Assembly: GCA_963816145.1 (NCBI GenBank)
Contig: CAWFJP010000003.1
Span: forward strand, 416,001 to 480,000
DNA from: an uncultured delta proteobacterium
Lineage (GTDB): Bacteria > Desulfobacterota > Binatia > UBA9968
Length of the DNA stretch: 64,000 nucleotides
Reading direction: 5' to 3'
Shown: piece by piece, positions 50,219 to 60,308 of the stretch
Position numbering within the stretch: the first letter of the stretch is position 1
Layout: every line of letters begins with the position of its first letter
Notes under the pieces: generated by a model
Databases searched by the model: none
The model's input: the letters and a program-made list of their open reading frames with translations, nothing else
What the model was told of the DNA's origin: nothing
Made by a program: the position numbers and the translations under genes

Positions 50219-50252
50219 CCGACCTTGAACTTTTGAACCCTTGAACCTTGAA
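50219..50252. repeat. GTTCAAG periodic repeat (reverse orientation)
   Basis: Exact reverse complement of 237-270. Confidence 0.85.
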
Positions 50253-50358
50253 TACCAGGCGCTTTGCGCCCTTACCCCTTGCGACAAAACCATTTCCCAG
50301 ATAACAAAGAGAGTCGGTTGATCCTCGGCGACAACCATAATTATTAGGAGGCCTCCGC

Positions 50359-52128
50359 ATGGCAGACGATAAGATCAAAAAATCCACCGAACGTTGGCAG
50401 TCGGACATCATCGTTGACTTGATCAAGCAATTTAATTTTCCCTACATCGCGCTCAATCCCGGTGCCAGTTACCGAGGTCTGCATGACTCATTGGTCAACT
50501 ACGGTGAGAATAAGCCGGAGATGCTGCTGTGCAACCATGAAAAGATCGCCGTGCAGATCGCCCATGGCTATGCCAAAGCCACCGGCAAACCAATGATCGC
50601 CATCGTCCATAACGTCGTCGGCCTGCTGCACGCTCCCATGGGCATCTACTACGCCTATATCGACCGCAGTCCGGTGTTCATCATCGGCGCCACCGGTCCC
50701 ATGGACGAGAAGCTGCGCCGGCCGTTTATCGACTGGATTCACACCGCCTTCGCGCAGGGCGACGTCGTGCGAGGCTTCACCAAGTGGGACTACCAGCCCG
50801 GCAGCATTCATGGCGTGCCGGATTCGTTCGCGCGCGCCTACTCGATCATGATGAGCGAACCGCAGGGGCCGGTATACATGGTTTACGACTCGGCGATGCA
50901 GGAAGCCAAGTTGACGGAAAATGTCCCGGTGCCGAATTTTCATATCAAGGTGCCGTCCCGCGTCGCCCCCGAGCAGTCGGCCATCGACCACGCCGCCGAC
51001 ATGCTGGTGGCGGCGAACAACCCGCTGCTGTTGACCGAATACGCGGCGCGCATGCCCATGGGCTTTGGCTCCACCGTCGAGCTCGCCGAAACCGTCGGTG
51101 CGTCGGTCTATGACATTAACAAGCGGCTGGGTTTTCCCAACAAGCATCCCCTGAGCGTCAGCTTCCACAACGACGCCTTCAACGGCGTCGATCTGGTCAC
51201 CGCTCTCGATGTCGTCGACTGGACCCGCGGCTCGCATAAGTTGAACACCCAAACCCGCGAAGTTCAGGTGGCAACGGCGGCCGACTGCAAATGGATCGAT
51301 GTCGGCTTCGCCGATATCGAGATCAGCAAGTGGGCCACCGACTATAACAAGCATCATAACTGGGATCACCGAGTGTTGGGCGACAGCGCGCTGTCGATTC
51401 CCGCGCTCACCGCCGCGTGCAAAAAGCGCATCGACGGCAACCAGGCACTCACGAGTCGCATTGCCGATCGCAAGAAAGCCATCGGCGAGCGCCACAATCG
51501 ACAATGGCAAAAGTGGCAGGATCAAGTGAAGGAGCAGTGGAACGAGCGGCCGATGACTGAAGCGCGCCTGGCCCATGAAGCCTGGCAGGTGATCAAAGAC
51601 GAAGACTGGGTGCTGACCGCCAATACCTTGAAAGAATGGGTGCACAAGGTTTGGGACTTCGACAAGCCCTATCGTCACCTCGGCCGTGAACTCGGCACCG
51701 GCACGCAGATCGGCATGTCCATTGGCGCCGCCCTGGCGTACAAAGGCACCGGCAAGCTGGTCGTCGACATCCAACCCGACGGCGATCTGATGTTCGACTT
51801 GGGCGCCCTGTGGATGCCGATCAAATACAACATCCCGATGTTGATCCTGATGTACAACAACCGCGCCTACTACAACGACTGGGCTCATCAAATCCACATG
51901 GCGCACCAGCGCGGCACCGACCCGCAGCGCGCCTACATCGGCATGGATTTGGAAGGCCCGCCGCCCGACTTCGCCCATATCGCCAAGGGTATCGGCTGGT
52001 ACGCCGAAGGCGTCATCGAAGACCCTGCCGAAGTCGGCCCGGCGTTGAAGCGCGCCATCGCCCAGGTCAAAGCCGGCAAACCCGCGCTGGTCGACGCCGT
52101 CGTCTGGCGCCGCGGCGAGAATGCCTAG
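50359..52128 (+). CDS. Thiamine diphosphate-binding enzyme (benzoylformate decarboxylase/ALS-like)
   Basis: NPGASYRGLHDS, HEKIAV, ThDP motif PDGDLMF...YNN. Confidence 0.92.
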   Translation: MADDKIKKSTERWQSDIIVDLIKQFNFPYIALNPGASYRGLHDSLVNYGENKPEMLLCNHEKIAVQIAHGYAKATGKPMIAIVHNVVGLLHAPMGIYYAYIDRSPVFIIGATGPMDEKLRRPFIDWIHTAFAQGDVVRGFTKWDYQPGSIHGVPDSFARAYSIMMSEPQGPVYMVYDSAMQEAKLTENVPVPNFHIKVPSRVAPEQSAIDHAADMLVAANNPLLLTEYAARMPMGFGSTVELAETVGASVYDINKRLGFPNKHPLSVSFHNDAFNGVDLVTALDVVDWTRGSHKLNTQTREVQVATAADCKWIDVGFADIEISKWATDYNKHHNWDHRVLGDSALSIPALTAACKKRIDGNQALTSRIADRKKAIGERHNRQWQKWQDQVKEQWNERPMTEARLAHEAWQVIKDEDWVLTANTLKEWVHKVWDFDKPYRHLGRELGTGTQIGMSIGAALAYKGTGKLVVDIQPDGDLMFDLGALWMPIKYNIPMLILMYNNRAYYNDWAHQIHMAHQRGTDPQRAYIGMDLEGPPPDFAHIAKGIGWYAEGVIEDPAEVGPALKRAIAQVKAGKPALVDAVVWRRGENA

Positions 52129-52136
52129 AACCCTTG

Positions 52137-52207
52137 CACCACGAAGGACACGAAGCGCACGAAGTTCGGAATAATAAACTTCCGAAACCTTCGTGACCTT
52201 CGTGGTG
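52137..52207. repeat. CACCACGAAG palindromic repeat (family A, copy 5)
   Basis: Inverted arms, between tandem ThDP genes. Confidence 0.9.
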
Positions 52208-52249
52208 AAGAATAATTTCTGTTTGAATTAATCTAAGGAGGACATCTGC

Positions 52250-54023
52250 ATGGCAGATTCAACAGTCAAAAAGTCCGAGAAACGCTGGCAGTCCGACGTG
52301 ATCGTCGACATGGTAAAAAAATATAATTTCGAGTACATCGCGCTCAATCCCGGCGCGAGCTACCGCGGCTTGCATGACTCGCTGGTCAATTACGGCGAGA
52401 ACAATCCGCCGATGCTCACCTGCCAGCATGAAAAGATCGCCGTGCAGATCGCCCATGGCTATGCCCGCGCCAAGGGCAAACCGATGATCGCCATCGTCCA
52501 TAACTTGGTCGGCTTGCTGCACGCGCCGATGGGCATCTACTACGCCTATCTCGACCGCGCGCCGGTGTTTATCATGGGCGCCACCGGACCGTTGGCCGAA
52601 CCCAAGCGCCGGCCGTTTATCGACTGGATTCACACGGCCAACGTCCAGGGCGAAGCGATTCGCAATTTCGTTAAGTGGGATTACCAGCCGTCCACCGTCG
52701 ACGGCGTGCCCGGAGCATTCGCCCGCGCCTATTCGATCATGATGAGCGCGCGCCAGGGGCCGATCTACATGTGCTATGACGCCGGCTTGCAGGAAGCCGA
52801 GCTCGATCATGATGTCGAGATGCCGCTGACTGGCGCAGTCGAGGTTCCCGACCCCGCCGGCAGCCGAGCCGGTCGCCCTGGCAAAAGCCGCCGACACGCT
52901 TGCCGCGGCCAATCGTGTCGCGATCATCGCCGACTTCGCGGCCCGTCCGCCCCATGGTTGGAACCATGTGGTCGAACTTGCCGAAACGCTCGGCGCGTCG
53001 GTCTGGGATGTCGGTTCCCGTTTGAACTTTCCGACCGATCATCCTTTGAATCTGACCATGGATCCCGAAGGTTGTTACGACGGCGTCGACGTCGTCCTCA
53101 CCCTCGATATCGCCGATTTTGAAAAGCCGACCCATGTGCGCGACATCGCGACCCGCACGGTGGTCAGCAAAGTTGCGGCGGGCGCCACCTGGATCGATAT
53201 CGGTTTCACCGATATCGAAACCAGCAAATGGTCCATGGACTATGCCCGGCCCTATTACGCCCAGCAGCGCATGATCGCCGACGTGGTGACCGCCGCACCC
53301 GTTCTGACCAAACTCTTGAAAGAGCGCATTGCCAAGACCCCAGGCCTGGCGGAGAAAATCGCCAAACGAGCGGAAGCCATCGGCAAGCGTCACGCCGAGA
53401 CCCGCGCCAAGTGGGCCAAGCAAGCCCAGGAACACTGGGATCAAAAACCGATGACCGTGCCGCGCCTCGCCAGCGAAGTGTGGGAAGCGATCAAAGGCGA
53501 AGACTGGGTGCTCACCGCCGGCGACCTCGGCTCCTGGGGCAAAAAGCTCTGGAACTTCGACCGCCCCTACTGCCATGGCGGCCGGGAACTAGGAACGGGC
53601 ACGCAGATCGGTCTGTCCTTGGGCGTAGCCCTGGCAAACAAAGGTACCGGCCGTCTGGTGGTCGATTTACAGCCGGACGGTGATTTGATGTTCGACGCCG
53701 GATCGCTCTGGATCGCGGCAAAATATCAAATCCCCATGTTAGTCGTCATGTTCAACAACCGCGCTTACTACAACGACTGGAACCATCAGCTGGTTTTGGC
53801 GCGCACCCGGGGCACCGACCCGAAGCGAGCCTATATCGGTATGGATCTCTACGGCCCCGACCCTGACTTCGCCGGCTTGGCGAGGTCCATGGGCTGGTAC
53901 GCTGAAGGTCCGTTTGAAAACGGCGACGACCTCAAAGGCGCGCTGAAACGAGCCATCGAGCAAGTCAAACAAGGCAAACCCGCCCTCATTGATGCCGTCT
54001 GCGACCGACGGAATCACGGCTAA
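52250..54023 (+). CDS. Thiamine diphosphate-binding enzyme, tandem paralogue, frameshifted near 52848
   Basis: Collinear with 50359-52128; ORFs 52250-53122 and 52968-54023 join by removing one C in gttcccgacc. Confidence 0.88.
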
Positions 54024-54037
54024 TCACCTTCGCTACT

Positions 54038-54072
54038 CCCCCGCGTCCTTCGCGGACGCGGGGGTACGTTTC
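54038..54072 (+). terminator. GC-rich hairpin after ThDP genes, possible terminator
   Basis: cccccgcgtcc-ttcgc-ggacgcggggg perfect 11-bp stem; weak U tail. Confidence 0.5.
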
Positions 54073-54325
54073 TCATCGCTGGCAAAACCTCCCCGTAAAG
54101 CGCATAGTGCGGAATCGCTAAATCGCCGCTTTGGCAATTTAACTGGATATTCTTACTCGCAGACAACCTTGACAGAGGGCTCTATCGTCATTACGTTTTC
54201 ATTCACAAAGTCCATCAATTATTTCGATCAAATAGCTAAAATCAAAGATATTTACTCGTGCACCGATAATCTGATTAACTCACTTAGTACCAAATCAGAG
54301 CAAATCTTGGGAACGGATCGACCGC

Positions 54326-54342
54326 TTGGCGCGTCTAATGCT
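54326..54342 (+). promoter_or_regulatory. Putative sigma54 (-24/-12) promoter
   Basis: TTGGCGCGTCTAATGCT, GG-N10-GC, preceded by an AT-rich tract. Confidence 0.55.
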
Positions 54343-54415
54343 ACAGCCCTAAAGTAGCGACAGCGAATGTTTCGGAACCCGAATAGCCCTTCACGGGTTA
54401 TCCAAGGAGAGTACA

Positions 54416-55945
54416 GTGGTAAGCGAATTCGACATTGATAAGCCTATCGAAGAGATCTTTGACGAAAAGGAGATTTCCGACCTGGCGCCCGCAGATGCGG
54501 AGATGAGCTTCGGCTCCATCAACGAAACCGGCGCAGAAGCCGAGCCTGAGGTCAAGGAATCCGACTTCGCCATGAGTTCGGTGCAGCAATATCTGCGCGA
54601 CATTGGCGCGGTACCTTTGCTCAGCCGCGAGCGTGAGATCGAATTGGCCATGCGCATCGAGGCTGGCCAAAATGAGATCCTGCGCGCGTTGTTTTCTGCG
54701 CCTTCGGCGGTACGCTACGTTGTCCAACTCGGCCGCAAAATCGCCGACGGCGAATTGGAGATCAACGAAGTTCTGGAAAAGCCCGACGATCACGACAAAG
54801 AAGCGAGCGAAGGACAGGATCCTAAGGTTTTCTTGCAAGCGGTCGCCAAATTGCGCCGATTGGGCCAGAGCCAAGAAGAGATTCATCGCGAGCTAGGACA
54901 TAAGCGCATCTCGAAACAACGCTATCGGGCGTTGAGTGAAAAAGAAGTGGCTCTGACCGCGAAGATCTGCGCCTTGATCGAGGACCTCCACCTTGCCGCT
55001 CCTCATGTCGAAGCCTGGATCGTCCGGCTCAAACGCGCCGCCAATCGAGTCGAAGAATTGGAGCAGCAAAGGCCGCGCGCCACTCGAACGCAAAAAAGCA
55101 GCATCGCCGAGGAAATCGAGTCTATTGAGGAGTCGGTCGGCCGCGATGTGACCGTAATCAAGCGGCTCGCCGGCGAACTTGCCCATGGCGAGCAGATGGT
55201 TCAGATCGCCCGCAAAGAATTTACCGAGGCCAACCTGCGGCTAGTCGTTAGCATCGCCAAGAAGTACATGAATCGTGGATTGGCGTTTCTCGATCTCATT
55301 CAGGAAGGCAATCTCGGTCTCATGCGCGCTGTCGACAAGTTCGATTACCGGCTGGGCTTTCGTTTCTCGACCTACGCCAGTTGGTGGATTCGCCAGGCGA
55401 TCACCCGCGGCTTGATCGACACAGGTCATACGATTCGCGTGCCGGTGCACCGGGTCGAGTCGCGCAACAAAGTCATGCAAACCGCCCGTGAAATGCAGCG
55501 CCGACTCGGCAGAGAGCCTATGCCCGAAGAGCTGGCCAAGGAACTGGGCCTCTCGGTCCAGGAGATGCTCAATTCCGTGCAGAGTCATGGTGAACCCGTG
55601 TCGCTGCACACCCCGGTTTGGGAAGATGGCGACGAGCTCGGCGATTTTGTCGAGGACCGCATTGGACCCCAGCCTGAGAGCCAAGCCTTGGAAAGCACTT
55701 TGTGCTCCGAAGTGCGCAAGGCGCTGTCAGTTTTGACGCCACGCCAAGAAGCGGTGCTGCGCATGCGCTTCGGCATCGAGCTCAAGCGCGACTACACCCT
55801 CGAAGAACTGGGACAGAAGTTTTCCGTCACGCGCGAACGCATTCGTCAAATCGAGCAAAAGTCGCTGCAAATCCTGCGCAACCCCAACCGGCGCAAACCG
55901 CAGGTACCGATGACGAAAGACACCGCAGCAACGCAACTCAACTAA
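54416..55945 (+). CDS. RpoD/SigA-family sigma-70 factor (alternative, group-2-like)
   Basis: [20 protein letters not shown] (region 1.2), [50 protein letters not shown]; no evident region 1.1. Confidence 0.92.
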   Translation: MVSEFDIDKPIEEIFDEKEISDLAPADAEMSFGSINETGAEAEPEVKESDFAMSSVQQYLRDIGAVPLLSREREIELAMRIEAGQNEILRALFSAPSAVRYVVQLGRKIADGELEINEVLEKPDDHDKEASEGQDPKVFLQAVAKLRRLGQSQEEIHRELGHKRISKQRYRALSEKEVALTAKICALIEDLHLAAPHVEAWIVRLKRAANRVEELEQQRPRATRTQKSSIAEEIESIEESVGRDVTVIKRLAGELAHGEQMVQIARKEFTEANLRLVVSIAKKYMNRGLAFLDLIQEGNLGLMRAVDKFDYRLGFRFSTYASWWIRQAITRGLIDTGHTIRVPVHRVESRNKVMQTAREMQRRLGREPMPEELAKELGLSVQEMLNSVQSHGEPVSLHTPVWEDGDELGDFVEDRIGPQPESQALESTLCSEVRKALSVLTPRQEAVLRMRFGIELKRDYTLEELGQKFSVTRERIRQIEQKSLQILRNPNRRKPQVPMTKDTAATQLN

Positions 55946-55961
55946 CAAAGCCATCAAACCC

Positions 55962-56026
55962 AAAAGGTTCAACGTCCGGATTCGCCAAATAAAGGCGGAT
56001 CTTCGGAGGTTGAACCTTTTTCTTTT
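55962..56026 (+). terminator. Putative intrinsic terminator
   Basis: aaaaggttcaac...gttgaacctttt stem followed by T-rich tail. Confidence 0.6.
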
Positions 56027-56070
56027 CCGGGACCGGCAATACCGCGCGCACCAACGGCAACCGAACCATA

Positions 56071-56303
56071 CTAAACAACCCTCGGCTTAAAGCCGAGAGG
56101 TTCTAAATTTATCGACTGGAAGTCGACTCTTCCGGGACGTCATTCCGGCGTAGGCCGGAATCCAGGTTTCGTTTAGCCTTGCAACGCGCACGAAGATGGA
56201 TGCCGGCCTGCGCCGGCATGACAAACCCTCTCTTCACCTCAAGCCTGCCCTGAGCAAGGTCGAAGGGGCGAGGGATTTCAACCATCCCCTAAAGGGACCT
56301 TAA
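56071..56303. mobile_element. Non-autonomous element with IS200/IS605-like hairpin ends and GTCAT core (copy 2)
   Basis: ctcggcttaaagccgag and tcgactggaagtcga hairpins; same core as 34249-34455; extra insert gcctgccctgagcaaggtcgaagg in the right hairpin. Confidence 0.6.
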
Positions 56304-56423
56304 TTTTTCTTGGTTGGCGACCCGGACCTGGCTAGTAAGGCAGCGTTAGCCAGACCATTGGAAGCTTTCGGGGAACCAAACGCATTGAAACACTCAGATC
56401 CCCCAACGCGATAAGTTGCACAG

Positions 56424-57587
56424 TTAGGTATCCCGCTCGCTGGTCGGCCCGACCTCGCCGGTGCACCAGGGAATAAACGCCTTCATCTTGCAAGTCGCGC
56501 CGTGGGCCTTGAGTTCTTTCTCAAAGATCTGGTGAATCTCGCGCTCCTCATCCTCGTACTCAATCTGCCAGCCGCCTTCCTTCAAACTGCGATCGGCATT
56601 TTCGCCGCCACCGCCACGCCCTTTTTTGTAGAGACCCATGTCGCCGGGACGGAGCGCAAGGTAGCGTGCGCGCGTCGTCCCCGAGTTAAAGTGCTGATGG
56701 TAGCAGTTGTCGTTCGGCACCGTGACCATGGAGCCTAACGCCCAGTCGCACTTGATCATGTCCGAGCGGTCTTCCTTGGTCCAGATGAGCGAGTAACCGC
56801 CGGTGCCACTGAGCAGCACCAAGTGCGCCCCCGGACCATGTCGATGGGCTTTTTTGTAAGTACCGATGGGAAATTCGGAAATATGACTCTTGGTGTTGTT
56901 GTCGGCCATTTCCAACATGGCGTTGATGCCGCCGGCGCCGCGCTCTTTCCAGCCGTAGAGCAACATATCGGGAGCGTTGGCGATGAAATTGGACTCCCAG
57001 ACGCGGCGGGTGAACAGCTTGCCCTTGCCGCTGAAGTAATCCTCTTCGCCGGCGTAGCGGGAAGTGAACATATAGGGGTTGTTGAAAATGAAATTGTTGT
57101 CGCGGTACAGCCGCATCATCGGCGGCGCGTTGGTCACGGCGATGTAACGGGCCGGTTCCTGGCCGCTGCCGTTAAAGTTCTGGTACCAGCAGTTGAGCGG
57201 AATTGAAAACAAGCTGCCCGCCTGCCATTCGAAGCTGCTCTTCTTTTTCTCGTCCTGCCAGATCGACGTCGCGCCGCGTCCCGAAACCACGTAAATCGTT
57301 AGTTCGTACATGTGATGCTCGGGCTCCGACTTGCCGCCCGGCTTGATTTCGATCACATGGCAATCATTCGGCATATGATTGTTGTTGATGTGGACCACCG
57401 CGCCGCTGCCGCCTTTGCGCTCCCACGGTCCCAACTCGATCTTGGCCAAACTCGGGAAATAGTATTCTTCGTAGACGCGCACGCCTTCATTTTTCAGCCA
57501 TTCCGAATAAGGATCGACCTTAATATACTCTTTGAGCGCCTCTTTCGGGGTCTCGGCAACTTTCATATCGGTACCAAGCATGACCAC
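56424..57587 (-). CDS. Bicupin-domain protein
   Basis: Two cupin motifs: EHHMYE...YVVSGRG...FEWQAGSLFSIPLN and KAHRHGPG...YHQHFNSG. Confidence 0.82.
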   Translation of the reverse strand: MVMLGTDMKVAETPKEALKEYIKVDPYSEWLKNEGVRVYEEYYFPSLAKIELGPWERKGGSGAVVHINNNHMPNDCHVIEIKPGGKSEPEHHMYELTIYVVSGRGATSIWQDEKKKSSFEWQAGSLFSIPLNCWYQNFNGSGQEPARYIAVTNAPPMMRLYRDNNFIFNNPYMFTSRYAGEEDYFSGKGKLFTRRVWESNFIANAPDMLLYGWKERGAGGINAMLEMADNNTKSHISEFPIGTYKKAHRHGPGAHLVLLSGTGGYSLIWTKEDRSDMIKCDWALGSMVTVPNDNCYHQHFNSGTTRARYLALRPGDMGLYKKGRGGGGENADRSLKEGGWQIEYEDEEREIHQIFEKELKAHGATCKMKAFIPWCTGEVGPTSERDT

Positions 57588-57689
57588 GGGTATATCCTCC
57601 TCTAATAAACCAACAAAAAAAACTCATGTATTTATCTACATCATTAGAAATATCCGATGCCAGGCAAAGTTGTCAACGAGCGGGGCGGA

Positions 57690-58112
57690 TTATCGCCGGT
57701 CATAATAAATCGCCGACTCGGGCCGAATCTCCATGAGCTCGATGACATTGCCGTCGGGATCGGCGACAAAGGCGATCCGATAATGGGAGCGTCCTTCGCG
57801 CGCGGCGCGCTCGGGATGAACATTCATCGTCGCCAAATGGCGAATCGCTTCATCGATATCGTCCACCACCAGGCAATAATGCTGATAACCGATGGCATTG
57901 GCCGGAGTCTGAAACCTCTCCGTGCCGTTGGTAAAGATCTCGATATGTTGCCCAGGGGCAAATTCCAAGAACATCAACTCCTGGCGGCCCACCTGTGGCT
58001 CGCCATGAAATACTTTGCGCGCGCCGAAAGCGTCGGCGTACCATTTTACGGCACGATCCACGTCGGCCACGCGAAACGCCACATGGCCAAAACGAACTCC
58101 TGAAATCGCCAT
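57690..58112 (-). CDS. VOC/glyoxalase family protein
   Basis: GHVAFRVAD, QHYCLVVDD, DPDGNVIE. Confidence 0.9.
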   Translation of the reverse strand: MAISGVRFGHVAFRVADVDRAVKWYADAFGARKVFHGEPQVGRQELMFLEFAPGQHIEIFTNGTERFQTPANAIGYQHYCLVVDDIDEAIRHLATMNVHPERAAREGRSHYRIAFVADPDGNVIELMEIRPESAIYYDRR

Positions 58113-58146
58113 TAATTATCTCCTCGAGGTCAGTCGCCGGGAATCA

Positions 58147-59154
58147 TTATTTCTTAGCCCATAGTTTGTCGAAAAAGCCGTCTTTTTTTAGCCCGTCGAG
58201 ATAGCGCCGATCGATCAGATCTTGGACCTTTAGCTTATTCGCCCGGGGGTCGAGCTTGCCGGTCTCGTCGATAATCGCCTGCAGCGCCTCGTTGCGAAAT
58301 TCCAGTCGGGGTTCCAATACTTTAATCTCCTCATCATAGGCCGCATCCAAAACCTTGCGATCGCTAATGCGCAGTTGCTTGGCCAAGACGCGGTAAGTTA
58401 GCTCTTTATCGGTGAATATCAGTTTCATCGCTTCGGCCGTCACTCTGACAAATTTTTCAATCGCCAGGCCCCGGGCATTCAACACCGAACGGCGCGCGAT
58501 GAGCGTTGCCGCGGCAAACGGTATCTGCAGGTCCGGACCATAGACGAGATAGCGAAACCCCTGAGCGGTCGCCCGGCTGCCGCCCGACGGGCCGGTCATC
58601 GTCGCGGCATCGACGGCGCCGTTGAGGAGCGCGGCAAGATTTTCCACTTGGCCGCCGGTTTGGATAAAGTGGACATCCGCTGGATCGATTCCGCTTCTCC
58701 GCAACGCCTGAACGACAAAATAATGCGAGTTACTGCCTAAGCGTGACAAGCCAAGCTTCTTGCCTCGTAACTCCTCGGCTCTTTTGATCTCCGCCCTGGC
58801 GACGATACTATGCGTGAGAGTGTTCTTCGCGCTGGCGATAAATACCAGGTCGGTTGCGCCCTGGGCGACGGCACGAATGATAGACTCACCGCCGCCAATT
58901 GCAATTTGACCATCTCCGCTAAGGATCGCGGCAGTAACCATTTGCGACGACGATATATAAACCAGCTGGAAATCTAAATCGTACTTGCGAAACAAGCCGA
59001 CTTCCTCGGCGATCCACGGCATCGCCTGGGACATCGTCCGCGCCGATTGAAAGCCAACGAGCTTATCCGCCGCCGTTCCGTCGCCAGCCACAGATAGAAC
59101 GCAGCATCCAAAGACCAAGTTTACGAGCGAACGAACAACACGCGATGTTGCCAT
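58147..59154 (-). CDS. ABC substrate-binding protein, NitT/TauT family
   Basis: Signal peptide; GLFRKYDLD, ELRGKKLGLSRLGS. Confidence 0.88.
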   Translation of the reverse strand: MATSRVVRSLVNLVFGCCVLSVAGDGTAADKLVGFQSARTMSQAMPWIAEEVGLFRKYDLDFQLVYISSSQMVTAAILSGDGQIAIGGGESIIRAVAQGATDLVFIASAKNTLTHSIVARAEIKRAEELRGKKLGLSRLGSNSHYFVVQALRRSGIDPADVHFIQTGGQVENLAALLNGAVDAATMTGPSGGSRATAQGFRYLVYGPDLQIPFAAATLIARRSVLNARGLAIEKFVRVTAEAMKLIFTDKELTYRVLAKQLRISDRKVLDAAYDEEIKVLEPRLEFRNEALQAIIDETGKLDPRANKLKVQDLIDRRYLDGLKKDGFFDKLWAKK

Positions 59155-59342
59155 AGGTACAACCTCCTGAGGCTTTCAATCTCATCGAACGTTTCGCTAA
59201 GCAAAGCGACAGTATCAAAAAGCGCGGTATCCGACTACAGCGAATGAACGCTCCCCTCCAGCACGGAAAAACTTCCCAGGCCTTGACCGCAAGCTCATGG
59301 CGATGTTACGCAATCATTCACCATCACTCTGTGGAGGAATGA

Positions 59343-60293
59343 ATGAAAATTGTCACCTATGGACCGGAGCACCGCGTCGGTGCATTAACCGGTAACAATA
59401 ACCTGATCGATTTGAATCGCGCTTCAGCGCAGCTACCAGCACGGTTGTTGAGTTTTATCGAAGCCGGCAAACCGGCCCTCGACGAGGCCGCGCGCGTTAT
59501 CGACAAATACGCCAACGCAGCAGCCGCCGGCGACGGGATTGTTCAGAGTCTGGATCAGGTCCAACTCCACGCCCCCTGGCCGGAACGGCGCATCGCCTGC
59601 GTCGGCGGTAACTACGCCAAGCATCTACTCGGCATGTGGGCCAATCGCCTCGGCAAAACCGATATCACCGTCGAAGAAGTCGCCGCAGAAGCCAAGAAAG
59701 CCGGCCAATGGGGATTTTGGAAAGTGCCGGCAGAAGTCACTGGACCCGGCGGCAACATTCCCTTTCCCAAGCGTGTCACTTATTTCGATTACGAAGGTGA
59801 GGTCGCGATCATCATCGGCAAGCGCGGCAAGAACATCCCGGCCGGCAAGATCAACGACTATGTCTGGGGCGTCACGCTATTCCACGACTGGTCAATTCGC
59901 GACGGCGGCGGCACCGACCGGGCCGTCAGTTACAATTTGCAAAAGAATTTCGACGGCGCCGCCTCCATGGGCCCTTGTATCGTCGTCAGCGAGACCGACC
60001 AGCAAGATGTCGATGTCGAAACGCGAGTCAACGGCGTGGTGCGCCAAAGTTACAGTACTAGCGAAATGATTTGGAACTTTGGCGAAGTGCTCGAATACCT
60101 ATCGCAAGACTTCACCTTCGTGCCCGGCGACGTCATCGCCGGCGGCACCTCGGCGGGCACCGCCGCCGACAAGTCGCGCCGCAGCCCCGACGGCAAACGA
60201 CCCCTCGATTTGTTTCTCAAAGTCGGCGATATCGTCGACGTGTCGTCATCGAAAATTGGCTCCCTGTCGAATAAGATCGTTGCCAGCGCTTAG
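59343..60293 (+). CDS. Fumarylacetoacetate hydrolase family protein
   Basis: GGNYAKH, DYEGEVAIIIG, DWSIRD, KNFD, PGDVIAGGT. Confidence 0.92.
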   Translation: MKIVTYGPEHRVGALTGNNNLIDLNRASAQLPARLLSFIEAGKPALDEAARVIDKYANAAAAGDGIVQSLDQVQLHAPWPERRIACVGGNYAKHLLGMWANRLGKTDITVEEVAAEAKKAGQWGFWKVPAEVTGPGGNIPFPKRVTYFDYEGEVAIIIGKRGKNIPAGKINDYVWGVTLFHDWSIRDGGGTDRAVSYNLQKNFDGAASMGPCIVVSETDQQDVDVETRVNGVVRQSYSTSEMIWNFGEVLEYLSQDFTFVPGDVIAGGTSAGTAADKSRRSPDGKRPLDLFLKVGDIVDVSSSKIGSLSNKIVASA

Positions 60294-60308
60294 GAAGAAA
60301 GAGCCTTC

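Noticed and set aside
50488-51978. 496-aa minus-strand ORF (and similar long ones at 323-1168, 4379-5257, 8563-9342, 40736-41524)
   Set aside because: Antisense shadows of well-supported genes in GC-rich DNA; no recognisable motifs
54075-54125. c-di-GMP-I riboswitch-like GGCAAA...CGCA upstream of the sigma gene
   Set aside because: Required paired stems and GNRA loop are not present
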